Counted from the stretch's first letter, positions 1-10,101 are shown. The stretch is 24,000 nucleotides of DNA from Bacillota bacterium (GCA_023413135.1 JAEZQK010000061.1:25265-49264); one strand, 5' to 3'. The notes: a model not told the origin generated them from the sequence alone. Program-made: numbers and translations.

Positions 1-1099
1 TGCGGACGGCGATCCCCGCCGCCTTCGCCTCGTCCGCCGTCATCCCCACACAGGCGATCTCCGGGCGGGTATACACGCAGGAGGGCACCAGGTCTTCCCG
101 CACGGACGGCGCATGGCCCGCCGCCCGCTCCACGCAGGCGATCCCCTGGGCGGAGGCGGCATGGGCCAATTGGATGCTCCCGGAAACATCCCCGATGGCA
201 TATACGCCGGGAACGCTTGTTTCATGGTTTGCATCCGTTACGATACGGCCACGGTCTGTTTCTACGGAGAACCCTTCTCCGAACAACCCCTGAGTATTAG
301 CCCGGCGGCCGATGGCGGCCAAAACCGTATCGCCCGCGGCCTGTCCCTGCTTGCCGCCCGCCTCATACGAAACGGTCAGGCTGCCGTCTTCGGCCTTTTG
401 TATCTGCGTTACCCGTGCCCCGGTCAATACAGCAGCGCCGCGCTTTTTAATGATCATGCCAAGGTTTTGGGAAATCTCCCGGTCCATCTGGGGCAGCAGC
501 CTGTCAAGCGCCTCCAGAATGGTGACCTCATAGCCCAAAGCCATGAACAGGGAGGCAAACTCCACCCCGATCACACCGCCGCCGATGATAACGAGCCGCT
601 TGCCTGCCGGGAGAGATGAAAGCAGCCCGTCGCTGGTCACAACCCCGGGAAGATTTATACCTGGGATATTGGGCAGCACAGGCGCTGAGCCCGTGGCGAT
701 AAGGATGCGCTCCGCCGTCAACACCTTGTCTTCCACCGCAACGGTGTGGCTGTCCCGGATCACGCCCACACCTTTCACCAGCGTGATGCCATTTTGGGCA
801 ACCAGCCGCCCAATGCCATCCCGCAGGGTGGATACAATTTCGTCTTTGCGGCCATACATTTTGTTTAGATCAAAAGAAGCGCCTTCCGCAGTTATACCCC
901 AGGCGGAAAGGCTTTTGATTTCTTCATACCCCATGGCGGCATGGAGAAGCGCCTTGGTGGGCACGCAGCCGCGGTTTAAGCACGTACCGCCCACCTCGTC
1001 CTTTTCTACCAGTGCCACCTTTTGTGTAAGCTGCGCCGCCCGGATGGCCGCCTCATAGCCCCCCGGTCCCGCCCCCAGGATGATCCAGTCAAAATCCAT
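1..1099 (-). CDS. lpdA: Dihydrolipoamide dehydrogenase (E3/L-protein), 3' end outside the window
   Basis: Reverse-strand reading from ATG at 1099 gives MDFDWIILGAGPGGYEAAIRAAQL...GGTCLNRGCVPTKALLHA, with the FAD-binding GxGxxG and the redox-active CLNRGC motif, then RLVIIGGGVIGVEFAS (NAD site). Lies in a gcv operon. Open at the window edge. Confidence 0.93.
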   Translation of the reverse strand, partial: MDFDWIILGAGPGGYEAAIRAAQLTQKVALVEKDEVGGTCLNRGCVPTKALLHAAMGYEEIKSLSAWGITAEGASFDLNKMYGRKDEIVSTLRDGIGRLVAQNGITLVKGVGVIRDSHTVAVEDKVLTAERILIATGSAPVLPNIPGINLPGVVTSDGLLSSLPAGKRLVIIGGGVIGVEFASLFMALGYEVTILEALDRLLPQMDREISQNLGMIIKKRGAAVLTGARVTQIQKAEDGSLTVSYEAGGKQGQAAGDTVLAAIGRRANTQGLFGEGFSVETDRGRIVTDANHETSVPGVYAIGDVSGSIQLAHAASAQGIACVERAAGHAPSVREDLVPSCVYTRPEIACVGMTADEAKAAGIAVR

Positions 1100-1111
1100 G
1101 GTTGTCTCCCT

Positions 1112-2110
1112 TTAAAAGTTCTGGTTTGTCAAGAAAGATTGCAGATCCCGGCAAATCTCCTCCGACTGCGCACCAACGGGCGCAATGGCTTCCTTAAGCG
1201 CCGTTCCGTTTAGATGGCATCCGGCGATCAGGCCGGGAAGGCTACGGATCAGGCCTTCATCCAGCGCGTCGGAATAGGCGGCGCATTCCTTGACGCGGCC
1301 CGATTCCACCGAAAATTGCAACTGGATGCCGCCCCAGGCAAAGCGTGCTTCCCCCTCCCACGTGAAGGGGATGGGGCGGCCATAAAGCCAATCCCAGGCC
1401 GAAAACCTCGCCCTTCCCGCGGCCACCTTCTCTCCGTCGATACGGGAAGCGGGCAGTTCCTCGGGCGCTGCGCCGTATACCTTCTCCAAAGCCGAAATCA
1501 GCGCATCCCGCAGCGCAGGGATGGTGAGCGCCGGGCACAGTTCCTGCAGGTTCACCACCCGCGCCCGGACGGAGGATACGCCCTTGGACTCCAGCTTTTG
1601 CTGAGGCACGTTCAAATACCGGGCCAGGTTGTCCATATCCACATGGGTAAGCAGCGTGCCGTGGTGATAGGCATTGGCGCCGCTTTTATAAAAGGCGTTG
1701 CCGGAGAATTTGCGCCCGTCCACTGTGATATCATTGCGGCCGGTGCGCTCCGCCGGGATACCAAAGGAGCGCACCGCCTGCAAAATGACTTCCGTCTGCC
1801 GGGCCACATCGTAGTCGGCCTGGCTTACAAGAAACGTAAAATTAAGATTACCCAGGTCGTGATACACCGCGCCGCCGCCGGAAAGCCTGCGCACCAAATT
1901 GCCGCCATCCTTCTCAAGGTCCGGCACCCGCACTTCCTTCCAGGCGTTTTGGTTGCGGCCAATGACCACCGTATGCCGGTTCTGCCACAGGTACAGGATG
2001 ATTTCCCCCGGCTGTACGGTTTCCAGCAGGTGTTCCTCCAACGCCAGGTTGTCATAGGGAGCCGTGCATTCCGTCACTACATAGCGGCACCGGTTGATCA
2101 AGCGTGTCAC
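1112..2110 (-). CDS. lplA: Lipoate--protein ligase
   Basis: 332 aa. [19 protein letters not shown] and [22 protein letters not shown] are typical of lipoate-protein ligase. Stop/start overlap with gcvPB. Confidence 0.93.
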   Translation of the reverse strand: MTRLINRCRYVVTECTAPYDNLALEEHLLETVQPGEIILYLWQNRHTVVIGRNQNAWKEVRVPDLEKDGGNLVRRLSGGGAVYHDLGNLNFTFLVSQADYDVARQTEVILQAVRSFGIPAERTGRNDITVDGRKFSGNAFYKSGANAYHHGTLLTHVDMDNLARYLNVPQQKLESKGVSSVRARVVNLQELCPALTIPALRDALISALEKVYGAAPEELPASRIDGEKVAAGRARFSAWDWLYGRPIPFTWEGEARFAWGGIQLQFSVESGRVKECAAYSDALDEGLIRSLPGLIAGCHLNGTALKEAIAPVGAQSEEICRDLQSFLTNQNF

Positions 2111-3525
2111 TCCTTCTCAAATGTATACCGCAGTTTGGGATTCCGGGCCGCCGCCACCTCGTCGGGCCTGCCGATGGGGGTGGTCATTGGGGTCAAATGC
2201 AGGCTTTCCGGGTCGTCCTTGGCACGCTGGGCGATTTCCTTCAGCGCGGCAATGCCTTCCTCCAGCGTTTCCCGGCTCTCCGTTTCGGTAGGCTCTATCA
2301 TCAGCGCCTCGTGCACGATGAGGGGGAAGTACATCGTCGGGGGATGCATGCCCTTGTCCAGCAGCGCTTTGGCCACATCCAGCGCGGACACGCCCGTCTC
2401 CTTCTTGAGCCCTTCCAGGGTCAATACAAACTCATGCATGCAGATGTGGTCATAGGCCAGGTCGTAGTTGTCCTTCAGCCGGTTCATCATATAGTTGGCA
2501 TTGAGGACCGCGTTTTCCGACGCCTCGCGAATGCCTTCCCGGCCCAGGGTGAGGATGTAGGTCAGCGCCCGTACCACTACCAGGAAGTTGCCATAGAACG
2601 CCTTTACCTGGCCGATGCTTTGGGGGCCGGGGTTTTCACCCAGCGCGGAAGCCGGCAAAAAGGGCGCCAGGAAGGCTTTGCAGCCCACCGGTCCGGAGCC
2701 GGGCCCGCCTCCGCCGTGGGGCGTGGAGAAGGTTTTGTGCAAATTCAAATGCACCACGTCAAAGCCCATGTCGCCGGGCCGAACCACGCCCATGATGGCA
2801 TTGAGGTTCGCCCCGTCGTAATAGGTAAGCCCGCCCTCCTCATGAACGATGCGGGTGATCTCCAATATGTTCTTGTCAAACAGGCCCAGGGTGTTGGGGT
2901 TGGTGAGCATGAGCCCTGCAGTATCCTCCCCCACTGCGGCCCGCAAAGCATCCAAATCCACGCAGCCATCCGGGCCGGAGGGGATGCTTACCACCGTATA
3001 GCCTGCCATGGCGCCCGTGGCCGGATTGGTGCCGTGGGCGGAATCGGGCACGATGATCTTTACCCGCTTATTGTCGCCCCTGGACTGATGATAGGCCTTG
3101 ATGAGCAGCACGCCCGTAAATTCCCCATGGGCACCGGCGGCGGGCTGAAAAGTCATCCTGTCCATGCCGGTGATCTCGCACAGGTGCTTCTCGGCGGTAG
3201 ACAAAACCTCAAGGCAGCCTTGCACCGCCTCCTTGGGCTGCAGGGGATGGATGTTTGCAAAGCCTGGCAGAGAGGCCATCTCCTCATTGATGCGGGGGTT
3301 GTATTTCATGGTGCAGGAGCCCAGGGGATAAAAGCCGCTGTTCACGCCATGGGCTCGCCGGGCCAGCTTTGTATAATGGCGGCTGATGTCCGTTTCCGCC
3401 ATCTCCGGCAGATGCGGGGCTTTTTCCCTTTGCAGTCCCTCCGGCAACGCAGCCTCCGGCACGTCGCACTTGGGCAGCAGGCTTACATGATGACCGGGGC
3501 GGCTTACTTCAAAGATCAGGTTCAT
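2107..3525 (-). CDS. gcvPB: Glycine dehydrogenase (decarboxylating) subunit 2
   Basis: Likely start [13 protein letters not shown] at 3525 (ATGA overlap with gcvPA stop). [27 protein letters not shown] and [21 protein letters not shown] (PLP-lysine region). Confidence 0.96.
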   Translation of the reverse strand: MNLIFEVSRPGHHVSLLPKCDVPEAALPEGLQREKAPHLPEMAETDISRHYTKLARRAHGVNSGFYPLGSCTMKYNPRINEEMASLPGFANIHPLQPKEAVQGCLEVLSTAEKHLCEITGMDRMTFQPAAGAHGEFTGVLLIKAYHQSRGDNKRVKIIVPDSAHGTNPATGAMAGYTVVSIPSGPDGCVDLDALRAAVGEDTAGLMLTNPNTLGLFDKNILEITRIVHEEGGLTYYDGANLNAIMGVVRPGDMGFDVVHLNLHKTFSTPHGGGGPGSGPVGCKAFLAPFLPASALGENPGPQSIGQVKAFYGNFLVVVRALTYILTLGREGIREASENAVLNANYMMNRLKDNYDLAYDHICMHEFVLTLEGLKKETGVSALDVAKALLDKGMHPPTMYFPLIVHEALMIEPTETESRETLEEGIAALKEIAQRAKDDPESLHLTPMTTPIGRPDEVAAARNPKLRYTFEKE

Positions 3526-4844
3526 TTTCCGCACACCTCCCGGACGGTTTGAATCACGGTATCGAGCTGTTCCCGGCTTACCTGCTCGGTGGCGCACCAG
3601 AGCAATTGATCGTCTCCTACCGGCAGCCCGCCAAGAATATCCTTTGCTTCCAGCGCCTTCAAGATAGCCTCCCGCTTTCCGCCGCAGGCAGTGACGAATT
3701 CATGGAAGAAGGGCGCATATCCTACCCGGCGGATACCGGGGACCTTTACAAGCCCCGCCTCCAGGTAATGGGCCTTGCTCATGGATTGCACGGCCACTTC
3801 CTTGAGGCCCTCCGGCCCCATGGCGGAAAGGTATACGGCGGCGGTGAGGGCGCACAGCGCCTGGTTGGAGCACACATTGGAGCTGGCCTTTTCCCTTCTG
3901 ATGTGCTGCTCCCTGGCCTGCAGCGTCAATACAAAGGCACGGTTGCCGTTATGATCTGTCGTTTCGCCCACGATGCGGCCCGGCAGCTTGCGCATCATAG
4001 CCGTGGTGGCAGCCATAAACCCAAGATACGGCCCGCCGAAGGACAGGGGCATCCCCAGCGGCTGGCCTTCGCCCACGGCAATGTCGGCCCCCGCCTCAAA
4101 GGGGGACTGCATTACAACCAAAGCAATGGGATTCACGCCCAGGATGTACTTGCCGCCTGCCGCGTGCACCTTTTCGCCCAGGAGCCTTGCATCCTCCAGC
4201 GCGCCGTAAAAGTTGGGCTGCTGAACGTAGAGGCATGCGGTATCCTCGCCCAGCATGCTTTCCAGCGCCGCAAGGTCGGTAACGCCGTCCTTCTCCGGCA
4301 CGATGCGCATGGACGCATTGGCCGCATCGCAAAACGTTTGGATGGTGGCAATGGTATCCGGGTGGGTAGTGGCCGACACCAGCGCTGTCACCCGTTTGCG
4401 CTCCCGGCACATGGCCACCGCTTCCGCCGCGGCCTCGGCCCCGTCGTACATGGAGGCGTTGCTTACGTTAAGTCCGGTCAGCTCGCAAATCATGGTCTGA
4501 TATTCAAAAATGGATTGCAAAATGCCCTGGCTGATCTCCGCCTGATAGGGCGTGTAGGCGGTCACGAATTCCTCTTTGGAGGTGACGTATTTCACGATGG
4601 AAGGGATGTAGTGGTTGTACGCCCCCGCGCCCCGTAAAATCACGGAATAGGTTTTATTCTTCCGGGATATGTCCGTCATCTCCCGGCGTACCTCAAACTC
4701 TGTCTTACCCTCAGGCAGGTTCAAAGCAGACTGCAAAAGTACCTGCCGGGGCACATCTAAAAACAGTTCCGAAATATTCTTTAAGCCCAGGGAGGAGAGC
4801 ATTTCCTGCCTCTCCTCCCCGGTGGTGGGAATATAACTGCCCAT
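3522..4844 (-). CDS. gcvPA: Glycine dehydrogenase (decarboxylating) subunit 1
   Basis: Likely start [16 protein letters not shown] at 4844 with an AGGAGG-type [16 protein letters not shown]-like [17 protein letters not shown] and [41 protein letters not shown]. Confidence 0.96.
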   Translation of the reverse strand: MGSYIPTTGEERQEMLSSLGLKNISELFLDVPRQVLLQSALNLPEGKTEFEVRREMTDISRKNKTYSVILRGAGAYNHYIPSIVKYVTSKEEFVTAYTPYQAEISQGILQSIFEYQTMICELTGLNVSNASMYDGAEAAAEAVAMCRERKRVTALVSATTHPDTIATIQTFCDAANASMRIVPEKDGVTDLAALESMLGEDTACLYVQQPNFYGALEDARLLGEKVHAAGGKYILGVNPIALVVMQSPFEAGADIAVGEGQPLGMPLSFGGPYLGFMAATTAMMRKLPGRIVGETTDHNGNRAFVLTLQAREQHIRREKASSNVCSNQALCALTAAVYLSAMGPEGLKEVAVQSMSKAHYLEAGLVKVPGIRRVGYAPFFHEFVTACGGKREAILKALEAKDILGGLPVGDDQLLWCATEQVSREQLDTVIQTVREVCGK

Positions 4845-4846
4845 GC

Positions 4847-5224
4847 TTACTCCTCCTTGGGCATGGCCGCGTAGGCATCGGCGTCCATAAGCTCCACCGT
4901 GGCCGTGACGTCCTTTACCCTGATGAACCAAGCCTCATAAGGCGCCTGGTTGATGTTTTGCGGGCTGTCCAGCAATACTTCGTTGATCTCCGCCACTTCG
5001 CCGGAAACGGGGCTGTACACATCGCTGACGGCCTTCACCGATTCCACGTCGCCAAAGGTATCCCCCGCCAAAACGCTGTCACCGGGCTGGGGCAGGTTCA
5101 CAAACACCAGGTCGCCCAGAGCCTCCTGGGCGTAATCCGTCAAGCCGATTTCCACCATTCCGCCTTCCAAGGTACGCACCCATTCGTGGGTTTTGGTATA
5201 CCGAAGCTCTTTTAAGGTGTTCAT
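4847..5224 (-). CDS. gcvH: Glycine cleavage system H protein
   Basis: 125 aa. GDTFGDVESVKAVSDVYSPVSGEVAEIN contains the lipoylation lysine motif (ESVKAVSD). Confidence 0.97.
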   Translation of the reverse strand: MNTLKELRYTKTHEWVRTLEGGMVEIGLTDYAQEALGDLVFVNLPQPGDSVLAGDTFGDVESVKAVSDVYSPVSGEVAEINEVLLDSPQNINQAPYEAWFIRVKDVTATVELMDADAYAAMPKEE

Positions 5225-5239
5225 GATGATAGCCTCCTT

Positions 5240-6328
5240 TTATTTAGCCTTTTTGTAAAAGGGCAGGGGAACGACCTTGGCCGCGATGCGCCGGCCCCGG
5301 ACGTCCACCTCCACCTGTGTGCCCAGCTCCGAGATTTCTTTTTCCACCAACGCCATGGCCACCGCCTGATTGAGATACGGGCAGAAGGTGCCGGAGCTGG
5401 TGGTGCCCACCTGCTTCTCCCCCTGAAACACCGCGCAATGCTCCCTGGCGATGCCACGGCCCGTCATGATTAGGCCCACCCGGGCAATTTTCGGCTCACC
5501 CCTGCTAACAAGCGCCGCCTTGCCGATAAAATCCGGTTTGTTCATCTTCACAAAGATGCCAAGGCCGGTCTCCAGCGGCGTGATGTCATCGTCCATCTCA
5601 TGGCCGTAAAGGGGCATGGCCGCCTCCAGCCGGAGGGTATCCCTGGCGCCCAAGCCGCAGGGCACAAGGCCCAAATCCTTTCCCGTATCCAGCAGAAGCT
5701 GCCACAGCCTGGGAGCATCCTCATTTTTGCAGTAGAGCTCGAATCCGCTTTCCCCCGTATATCCTGTGCGGGAAACGATGCAGGTAATACCGCCTACGGT
5801 TCCTTTTTCCACAAAGTAGTAGTACTTCTTGGGAATATCCTCATCCTTGACCAGCCGGGCCAGGATCTCACCGGCCTTCGGCCCCTGCAGCGCCACCTGG
5901 GCCGTTTCGTCGGACACATCCTCCATGCGCACATCCCCGAAAAGGTGCTGCCGCATAAAGGCCACATCCTTTTCCCGGTTGGAAGCGTTCACCACCATCA
6001 TGTACCGGTTCTCGCCCATACGGTAAACGATCAGATCGTCCACCACGCCGCCCCGCTCGTTGCACATGGGGCTGTAGCGCACCTGCCCGTCCACCATGCT
6101 GCCCATATCGTTGGTGACCAGGTTTTGAATGTTGGCCAGCGCATCGGGCCCCGTGAACATGACCTCCCCCATATGGGATACATCAAATAGCCCGCAGGCC
6201 GTGCGTACCGCCATGTGCTCGGCAATCACCCCGGCGGGATATTGTACCGGCAGAATATACCCCGCAAAGGGCACCATCTTGCCACCCAAGGCAACATGGC
6301 TGTCATACAAGGGCGTTTTCCTGTCCAT
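5240..6328 (-). CDS. gcvT: Glycine cleavage system aminomethyltransferase (T protein)
   Basis: MDRKTPLYDSHVALGGKMVPFAGYILPVQYP...; RTGYTGESGFELY; GLGARDTLRLEAAMPLYGHEMDD. Start at 6328 preceded by GGAGGAG. Confidence 0.97.
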   Translation of the reverse strand: MDRKTPLYDSHVALGGKMVPFAGYILPVQYPAGVIAEHMAVRTACGLFDVSHMGEVMFTGPDALANIQNLVTNDMGSMVDGQVRYSPMCNERGGVVDDLIVYRMGENRYMMVVNASNREKDVAFMRQHLFGDVRMEDVSDETAQVALQGPKAGEILARLVKDEDIPKKYYYFVEKGTVGGITCIVSRTGYTGESGFELYCKNEDAPRLWQLLLDTGKDLGLVPCGLGARDTLRLEAAMPLYGHEMDDDITPLETGLGIFVKMNKPDFIGKAALVSRGEPKIARVGLIMTGRGIAREHCAVFQGEKQVGTTSSGTFCPYLNQAVAMALVEKEISELGTQVEVDVRGRRIAAKVVPLPFYKKAK

Positions 6329-6394
6329 GATTACTCCTCCTATCATCATGTTTACATAAAACAGAAGCGAACAGGCCGCCTTCGCAGCCTATCC

Positions 6395-6572
6395 GCCTCT
6401 GTTATCGAACCTGAAAGATTCCTCCCCGCGCAATCTAGCACGAAGGAGTTGCTTCTTCGGTGCATCAATGCTTTCCAGAGTTTCGTCCCGGTTTAGTCTT
6501 TTTGCCTGAGAGTTTGTTGCGTCTTCCCCTTCGGCGCCGCCAAATGGCAGTCTCTCCTAAACCGTTCACCCG
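6395..6572 (-). promoter_or_regulatory. Glycine riboswitch, probably tandem aptamers, upstream of gcvT
   Basis: Minus strand reads AGGAGAGACTGCC...GCGCCGAAGGGGGAAGACGCAACAAACTCTCAGGCAAAAAGACTAAACCGGGACGAAACTCTGGAAAGC (aptamer 1 plus linker), then TGCACCGAAGAAGCAACTCC...GGAATCTTTCAGGTTCGATAACAGAGGCGG (aptamer 2-like). Classic CCGAAGGGG and CTCTCAGGCAAAA signatures. Boundaries approximate. Confidence 0.9.
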
Positions 6573-6598
6573 AAATATGCAATTTTTATTCCGCTGAA

Positions 6599-6627
6599 AG
6601 TGTACAATGACCGCCGTTTTTTGTCAA
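6599..6627 (-). promoter_or_regulatory. Sigma70/SigA-type promoter of the gcv operon
   Basis: Minus strand TTGACA (6622-6627), 17 bp, TACACT (6599-6604), immediately upstream of the riboswitch. Confidence 0.7.
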
Positions 6628-6633
6628 TCTATT

Positions 6634-6685
6634 TTGGAGGGCTTTGCCCTCCAAACCACCCGCTCAAGGACTTGAAGTCCTTGAG
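6634..6685. repeat. Two adjacent perfect hairpins in the intergenic region
   Basis: TTGGAGGGC-ttt-GCCCTCCAA (6634-6654) and CTCAAGGACT-tga-AGTCCTTGAG (6663-6685). Confidence 0.75.
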
Positions 6686-6763
6686 AATCCTGGAATAGGG
6701 GAATTTATTCCGCATAGACCGAAATAACCATGATTGATGCCGGCATGGAGGACATTGTAAATC

Positions 6764-6817
6764 GTAGGGCGATTATGAATCACCCGCCAAGCGGCATTTA
6801 TCGCCTGCATAAGATAG
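6764..6817. repeat. Copy 1 of a ~55 bp direct intergenic repeat
   Basis: GTAGGGCGATTATGAATCACCCGCCAAGCGGCATTTATCGCCTGCATAAGATAG; matches 6959-7013 with one gap and about 8 mismatches. Confidence 0.8.
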
Positions 6818-6958
6818 CCAGCCGCTCGCTGCCCCTCCCGGTTGCTTTACACCGGAACATGCGGGAGAACACAATCGCCCCCTCGTCGCAGTTTGTTTGT
6901 TGACTTCACTGCCGGCACATTTAGGGGCCGGAAGCAAAGCCAATACACTCTTTACGGC

Positions 6959-7013
6959 GTAGGGGCGATTATCAATCGCCCGCCAGGCTGCACTTATCGC
7001 CTGCACCGGATAG
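6959..7013. repeat. Copy 2 of the ~55 bp direct intergenic repeat
   Basis: GTAGGGGCGATTATCAATCGCCCGCCAGGCTGCACTTATCGCCTGCACCGGATAG; abuts the 3' end of the CoADR-like gene. Confidence 0.8.
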
Positions 7014-7034
7014 GCCTCGGTCAAACAGGAATCA

Positions 7035-8741
7035 TTACTTATTTTTATTTTGAACCGGCATACCGCAGGGATATGTACTCTCCTGTAAGCCGGGCAGCTC
7101 CACCTTCACAGAAGCATACAAGCGGTATCCCCCTGCCAGATTATAGGCATCAAACCCGTTCTGAGTGAGGATGCGGCAGGCAATGTAGCTGCGAAGGCCG
7201 CTGTGGCAGTGGACGTAAACAGGCTTGGTTTTATCCAATTCGGAAAGCCTTTCCCGCAGCCCATCCACGGGGATATGCACCGTGCCCTCCATCTTTCCCC
7301 GCAGCCGTTCGAAAGACGTGCGCACATCCAGCAGCGTCACGCTGCCATCCCGGGGCAGGCTATCCACGTCATGCCAGTGGAACTGCTTCACCTTGCCGGT
7401 GAGCAGGTTTTCCGCCATGAATCCCGCCATATTTACCGGATCTTTGGCAGAGGAGAAGGGCGGCGCGTAGCACAGCTCCAGCTCCGTCAGGTCATACACC
7501 GTCATCCCGGCCCGGATGGCGGTATTGATCACGTCGCACCGCTTGTCGACGCCTTCAAAGCCCACAATCTGCGCCCCCAGCACCTTGCCGCCTTCCGGGC
7601 TGAACAGCAGCTTGATGGTTTGGCTGGTGGCACCGGGGTAATAGGAAGCGTGGGAATTGCCGAAGGCGTACACCTTGTCATAGGCCATATTCGCCGCCTT
7701 CAAGGCTGCTTCGTTCATCCCCGTAGCCGCCACCGTCATATCAAAGAGCTTTAATACCAGAGCGCCCTGGGTGCCCTTGAAAATGCTTGGAATGCCGCAG
7801 ATGTTATCCGCGGCGATGCGCCCCTGCTTATTGGCGGGCCCCGCCAGGGGCACAAAGACCGGCTGGCCGGATACGAAATGCTTCACCTGCACCGCGTCGC
7901 CCACAGCATAGATGCCCGGGTCGGAGGTGCGCATATGCTCATCCACCAAAATAGCACCCTTGGGACTTACATGAAGCCCGGCCGCCTTGGCCAGGCTGCT
8001 TTCAGGCCGCACGCCTACGGATAAAAGCACCATATCGGCCGGCAGGCTGTTTTCCCCCGCCTGAACCATCAAGCCGTCTTCCTCCGGCACAATCGCCTTG
8101 ACACCTGTATTCAGAAGCAAACGGATGCCTTTTTTCCGCACATAGCCATGGACATCGGAGGCCATGTCAAAATCCAGCGGAGCGATCACATGGTCCAGCA
8201 GCTCCACCACGGATACTTCTAGCCCGGCCTTAAGAAGGTTTTCCGCCATCTCCATGCCGATAGCGCCGCCGCCCACCACCACCGCTCGCCGGGGGTGCTT
8301 TTCTTCAATGAAATCCAGGATTTTTAGCGTATCCGGGATGGTACGCAGCGTGAATACCCTGGGATCCTTCACGCCGGGAATGGGCGGGATCACCGGCTCC
8401 GCGCCGGGGGAAAGAATCAAAGCATCATACGATTCCTGATACGAAGTTTCGTCCTTCAAATTCTTCACCGTGACCGTTTTCCCGGCGGGATCAATGGCCA
8501 CGGCTTCCGAATGAATGCGCACATCCACCCGGAATCTATCAAAAAAGCTTTCCGGCGATTGCAGCGCCAGTTCTTCCTGATCCGTGATAACGCCGCCCAC
8601 ATAATAAGGCAGACCGCAGTTGGCGTAGGAAATGTACGCGCCGCGCTCCAGCAATACAATGCCGGCCTGCTCATTCAGCCTGCGTAAACGGGCGGCGGCG
8701 CTGGCTCCGCCCGCCACGCCGCCGATAATGACAACTTTCAT
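7035..8741 (-). CDS. CoA-disulfide/persulfide reductase-like FAD-dependent oxidoreductase with C-terminal rhodanese domain
   Basis: 568 aa. MKVVIIGGVAGGASAAARLRRLNE; single active-site Cys in ISYANCGLPYYVGG; C-terminal rhodanese loop VYVHCHSGLRSYIACR. Confidence 0.9.
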   Translation of the reverse strand: MKVVIIGGVAGGASAAARLRRLNEQAGIVLLERGAYISYANCGLPYYVGGVITDQEELALQSPESFFDRFRVDVRIHSEAVAIDPAGKTVTVKNLKDETSYQESYDALILSPGAEPVIPPIPGVKDPRVFTLRTIPDTLKILDFIEEKHPRRAVVVGGGAIGMEMAENLLKAGLEVSVVELLDHVIAPLDFDMASDVHGYVRKKGIRLLLNTGVKAIVPEEDGLMVQAGENSLPADMVLLSVGVRPESSLAKAAGLHVSPKGAILVDEHMRTSDPGIYAVGDAVQVKHFVSGQPVFVPLAGPANKQGRIAADNICGIPSIFKGTQGALVLKLFDMTVAATGMNEAALKAANMAYDKVYAFGNSHASYYPGATSQTIKLLFSPEGGKVLGAQIVGFEGVDKRCDVINTAIRAGMTVYDLTELELCYAPPFSSAKDPVNMAGFMAENLLTGKVKQFHWHDVDSLPRDGSVTLLDVRTSFERLRGKMEGTVHIPVDGLRERLSELDKTKPVYVHCHSGLRSYIACRILTQNGFDAYNLAGGYRLYASVKVELPGLQESTYPCGMPVQNKNK

Positions 8742-8753
8742 GTATTCGTTCCC

Positions 8754-9077
8754 TCACTTTTCCAGGGGGCCTGCGTAACCGGAAATGCCGCCGATGTTCA
8801 CAACCTCCGTATACCCGAGCCGCGCAAAGCCCCGGCAAGCCGCCTGGCTCCTTGCGCCGCTCAGGCAATAGACGTACAGAGGGGCGCCCTTGTCGGGAAC
8901 CTTCTCTTGAATTTCTTCCCACCGGTCCAGCGGCACGGAAAGGCTGCCGGGAATATGACCCCGGCTGTATTCTGCGGGTGTCCTCACATCCACCAGGCGG
9001 GCATCCGGGTTGTCCTTGGCTGCAGCCACAGCCTCCCCCATGGGCATGATGCCGCCGCGGTCAAACAAGCCCGGCAT
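8754..9077 (-). CDS. Single-domain rhodanese-like sulfurtransferase
   Basis: 107 aa. DARLVDVRTPAEYSRGHIPGSLSVPL and active loop YVYCLSGARSQAACRGF. Confidence 0.9.
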   Translation of the reverse strand: MPGLFDRGGIMPMGEAVAAAKDNPDARLVDVRTPAEYSRGHIPGSLSVPLDRWEEIQEKVPDKGAPLYVYCLSGARSQAACRGFARLGYTEVVNIGGISGYAGPLEK

Positions 9078-9078
9078 T

Positions 9079-9390
9079 TTACGCCTCCAACAGCTTCAGG
9101 ATGTCCTGCTTGGAACGGACTCCCACCATGGACCCGGCCAGGTGGCCATTCTTGAACACCGCCAGGGTGGGGATGCTCATTACGCCGAAACGGGAAGCCA
9201 GCTCCGGCTGCTCATCCACGTTGATTTTGCCCACCACGGCCTTTTCGCCCAATTCTTCCGAGATGCCTTCCACCACGGGGGCAATCATCCGGCAGGGGCC
9301 GCACCAAGGGGCCCAGAAGTCCACCAGCACAGGCACCTGCACGGCCAGCACGTCGTTGAAGTTTTCCTTTGTAACCTTTATCGCAGCCAT
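9079..9390 (-). CDS. trxA: Thioredoxin
   Basis: 103 aa. VLVDFWAPWCGPCRMIAPVVEG, KINVDEQPELASRFGVMSIPTLAVFKNG. Confidence 0.96.
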   Translation of the reverse strand: MAAIKVTKENFNDVLAVQVPVLVDFWAPWCGPCRMIAPVVEGISEELGEKAVVGKINVDEQPELASRFGVMSIPTLAVFKNGHLAGSMVGVRSKQDILKLLEA

Positions 9391-9525
9391 TGTATATTTC
9401 CTCCTCTGTCCTTTCGGACAACTTTGATAGACATACTATACCCGCATTTGCGCCATTCGAAAGTGATAAAATCACAAAACGCGGACTTTTTAAAGAAAAT
9501 CGATGACTTTTCTTACGTAAAAAGC

Positions 9526-10101
9526 TTATTTCGCCAGCATGGCGTTCAGAACCTTAAACCCTTCCCCGGTGAGCGCCATGCTGCCAAGCTCCAGCACGGG
9601 GGTGTCCAGCACGAATCCCGGCTTTTGGGCCGCCTCCTTTACCGTTTCCACAAAGTAGGCGTAGAGGTGGGACTGCTCGTACTCCTGATACGCGTACCCG
9701 GTAAGGCGTATATCGTAATCCAGGGTGACCAGCCCAAGATCCTCAAGGGATGCAAACAGTGCGCCGTTTGCTTTCACCGTGTCCATATCGTCCGCAATAT
9801 CTGCAATGTACACGGGTTCCAGCGCCACGGCGTATGCGTCCGCATCCCGGCTTGAGCGCAAGGCAAACCGGGCGATAGGCAGGTATCCCCGCTGATGTAT
9901 GGCCAGCAGCACATCGGCTTGTGCCTCAGTAAGAGCGCCCGCTTCAGGCACAATGTGCGCGTGGTGATGGCCGCAGCCGCAGCCGTCCTCGTGGGTATGT
10001 TCGTGATCGCAGCCGCAGCCGCAACCTTCTTGATGGGTGTTGTGATGGCCGCAGCCGCAGGTTTCGTGATGTTTGTGATGCAAAGGATTTCCGCCTTTCA
10101 T
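9526..10101 (-). CDS. Uncharacterised protein with a Cys/His-rich putative metal-binding N-terminus
   Basis: ORF from MKGGNPLHHKHHETCGCGHHNTHQEGCGCGCDHEHTHEDGCGCGHHHAH followed by a ~145 aa unassigned domain; overlaps the stop of the upstream thpR-like gene (ATGA). Confidence 0.8.
   Translation of the reverse strand: MKGGNPLHHKHHETCGCGHHNTHQEGCGCGCDHEHTHEDGCGCGHHHAHIVPEAGALTEAQADVLLAIHQRGYLPIARFALRSSRDADAYAVALEPVYIADIADDMDTVKANGALFASLEDLGLVTLDYDIRLTGYAYQEYEQSHLYAYFVETVKEAAQKPGFVLDTPVLELGSMALTGEGFKVLNAMLAK

Noticed and set aside
1214-2455. Plus-strand 413 aa ORF opposite lplA
   Set aside because: Shadow ORF over a well-supported conserved gene.
2104-3552. Long plus-strand ORF (482 aa) opposite gcvPB
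   Set aside because: Antisense shadow of a clearly recognised gene in GC-rich sequence; no RBS or family features.
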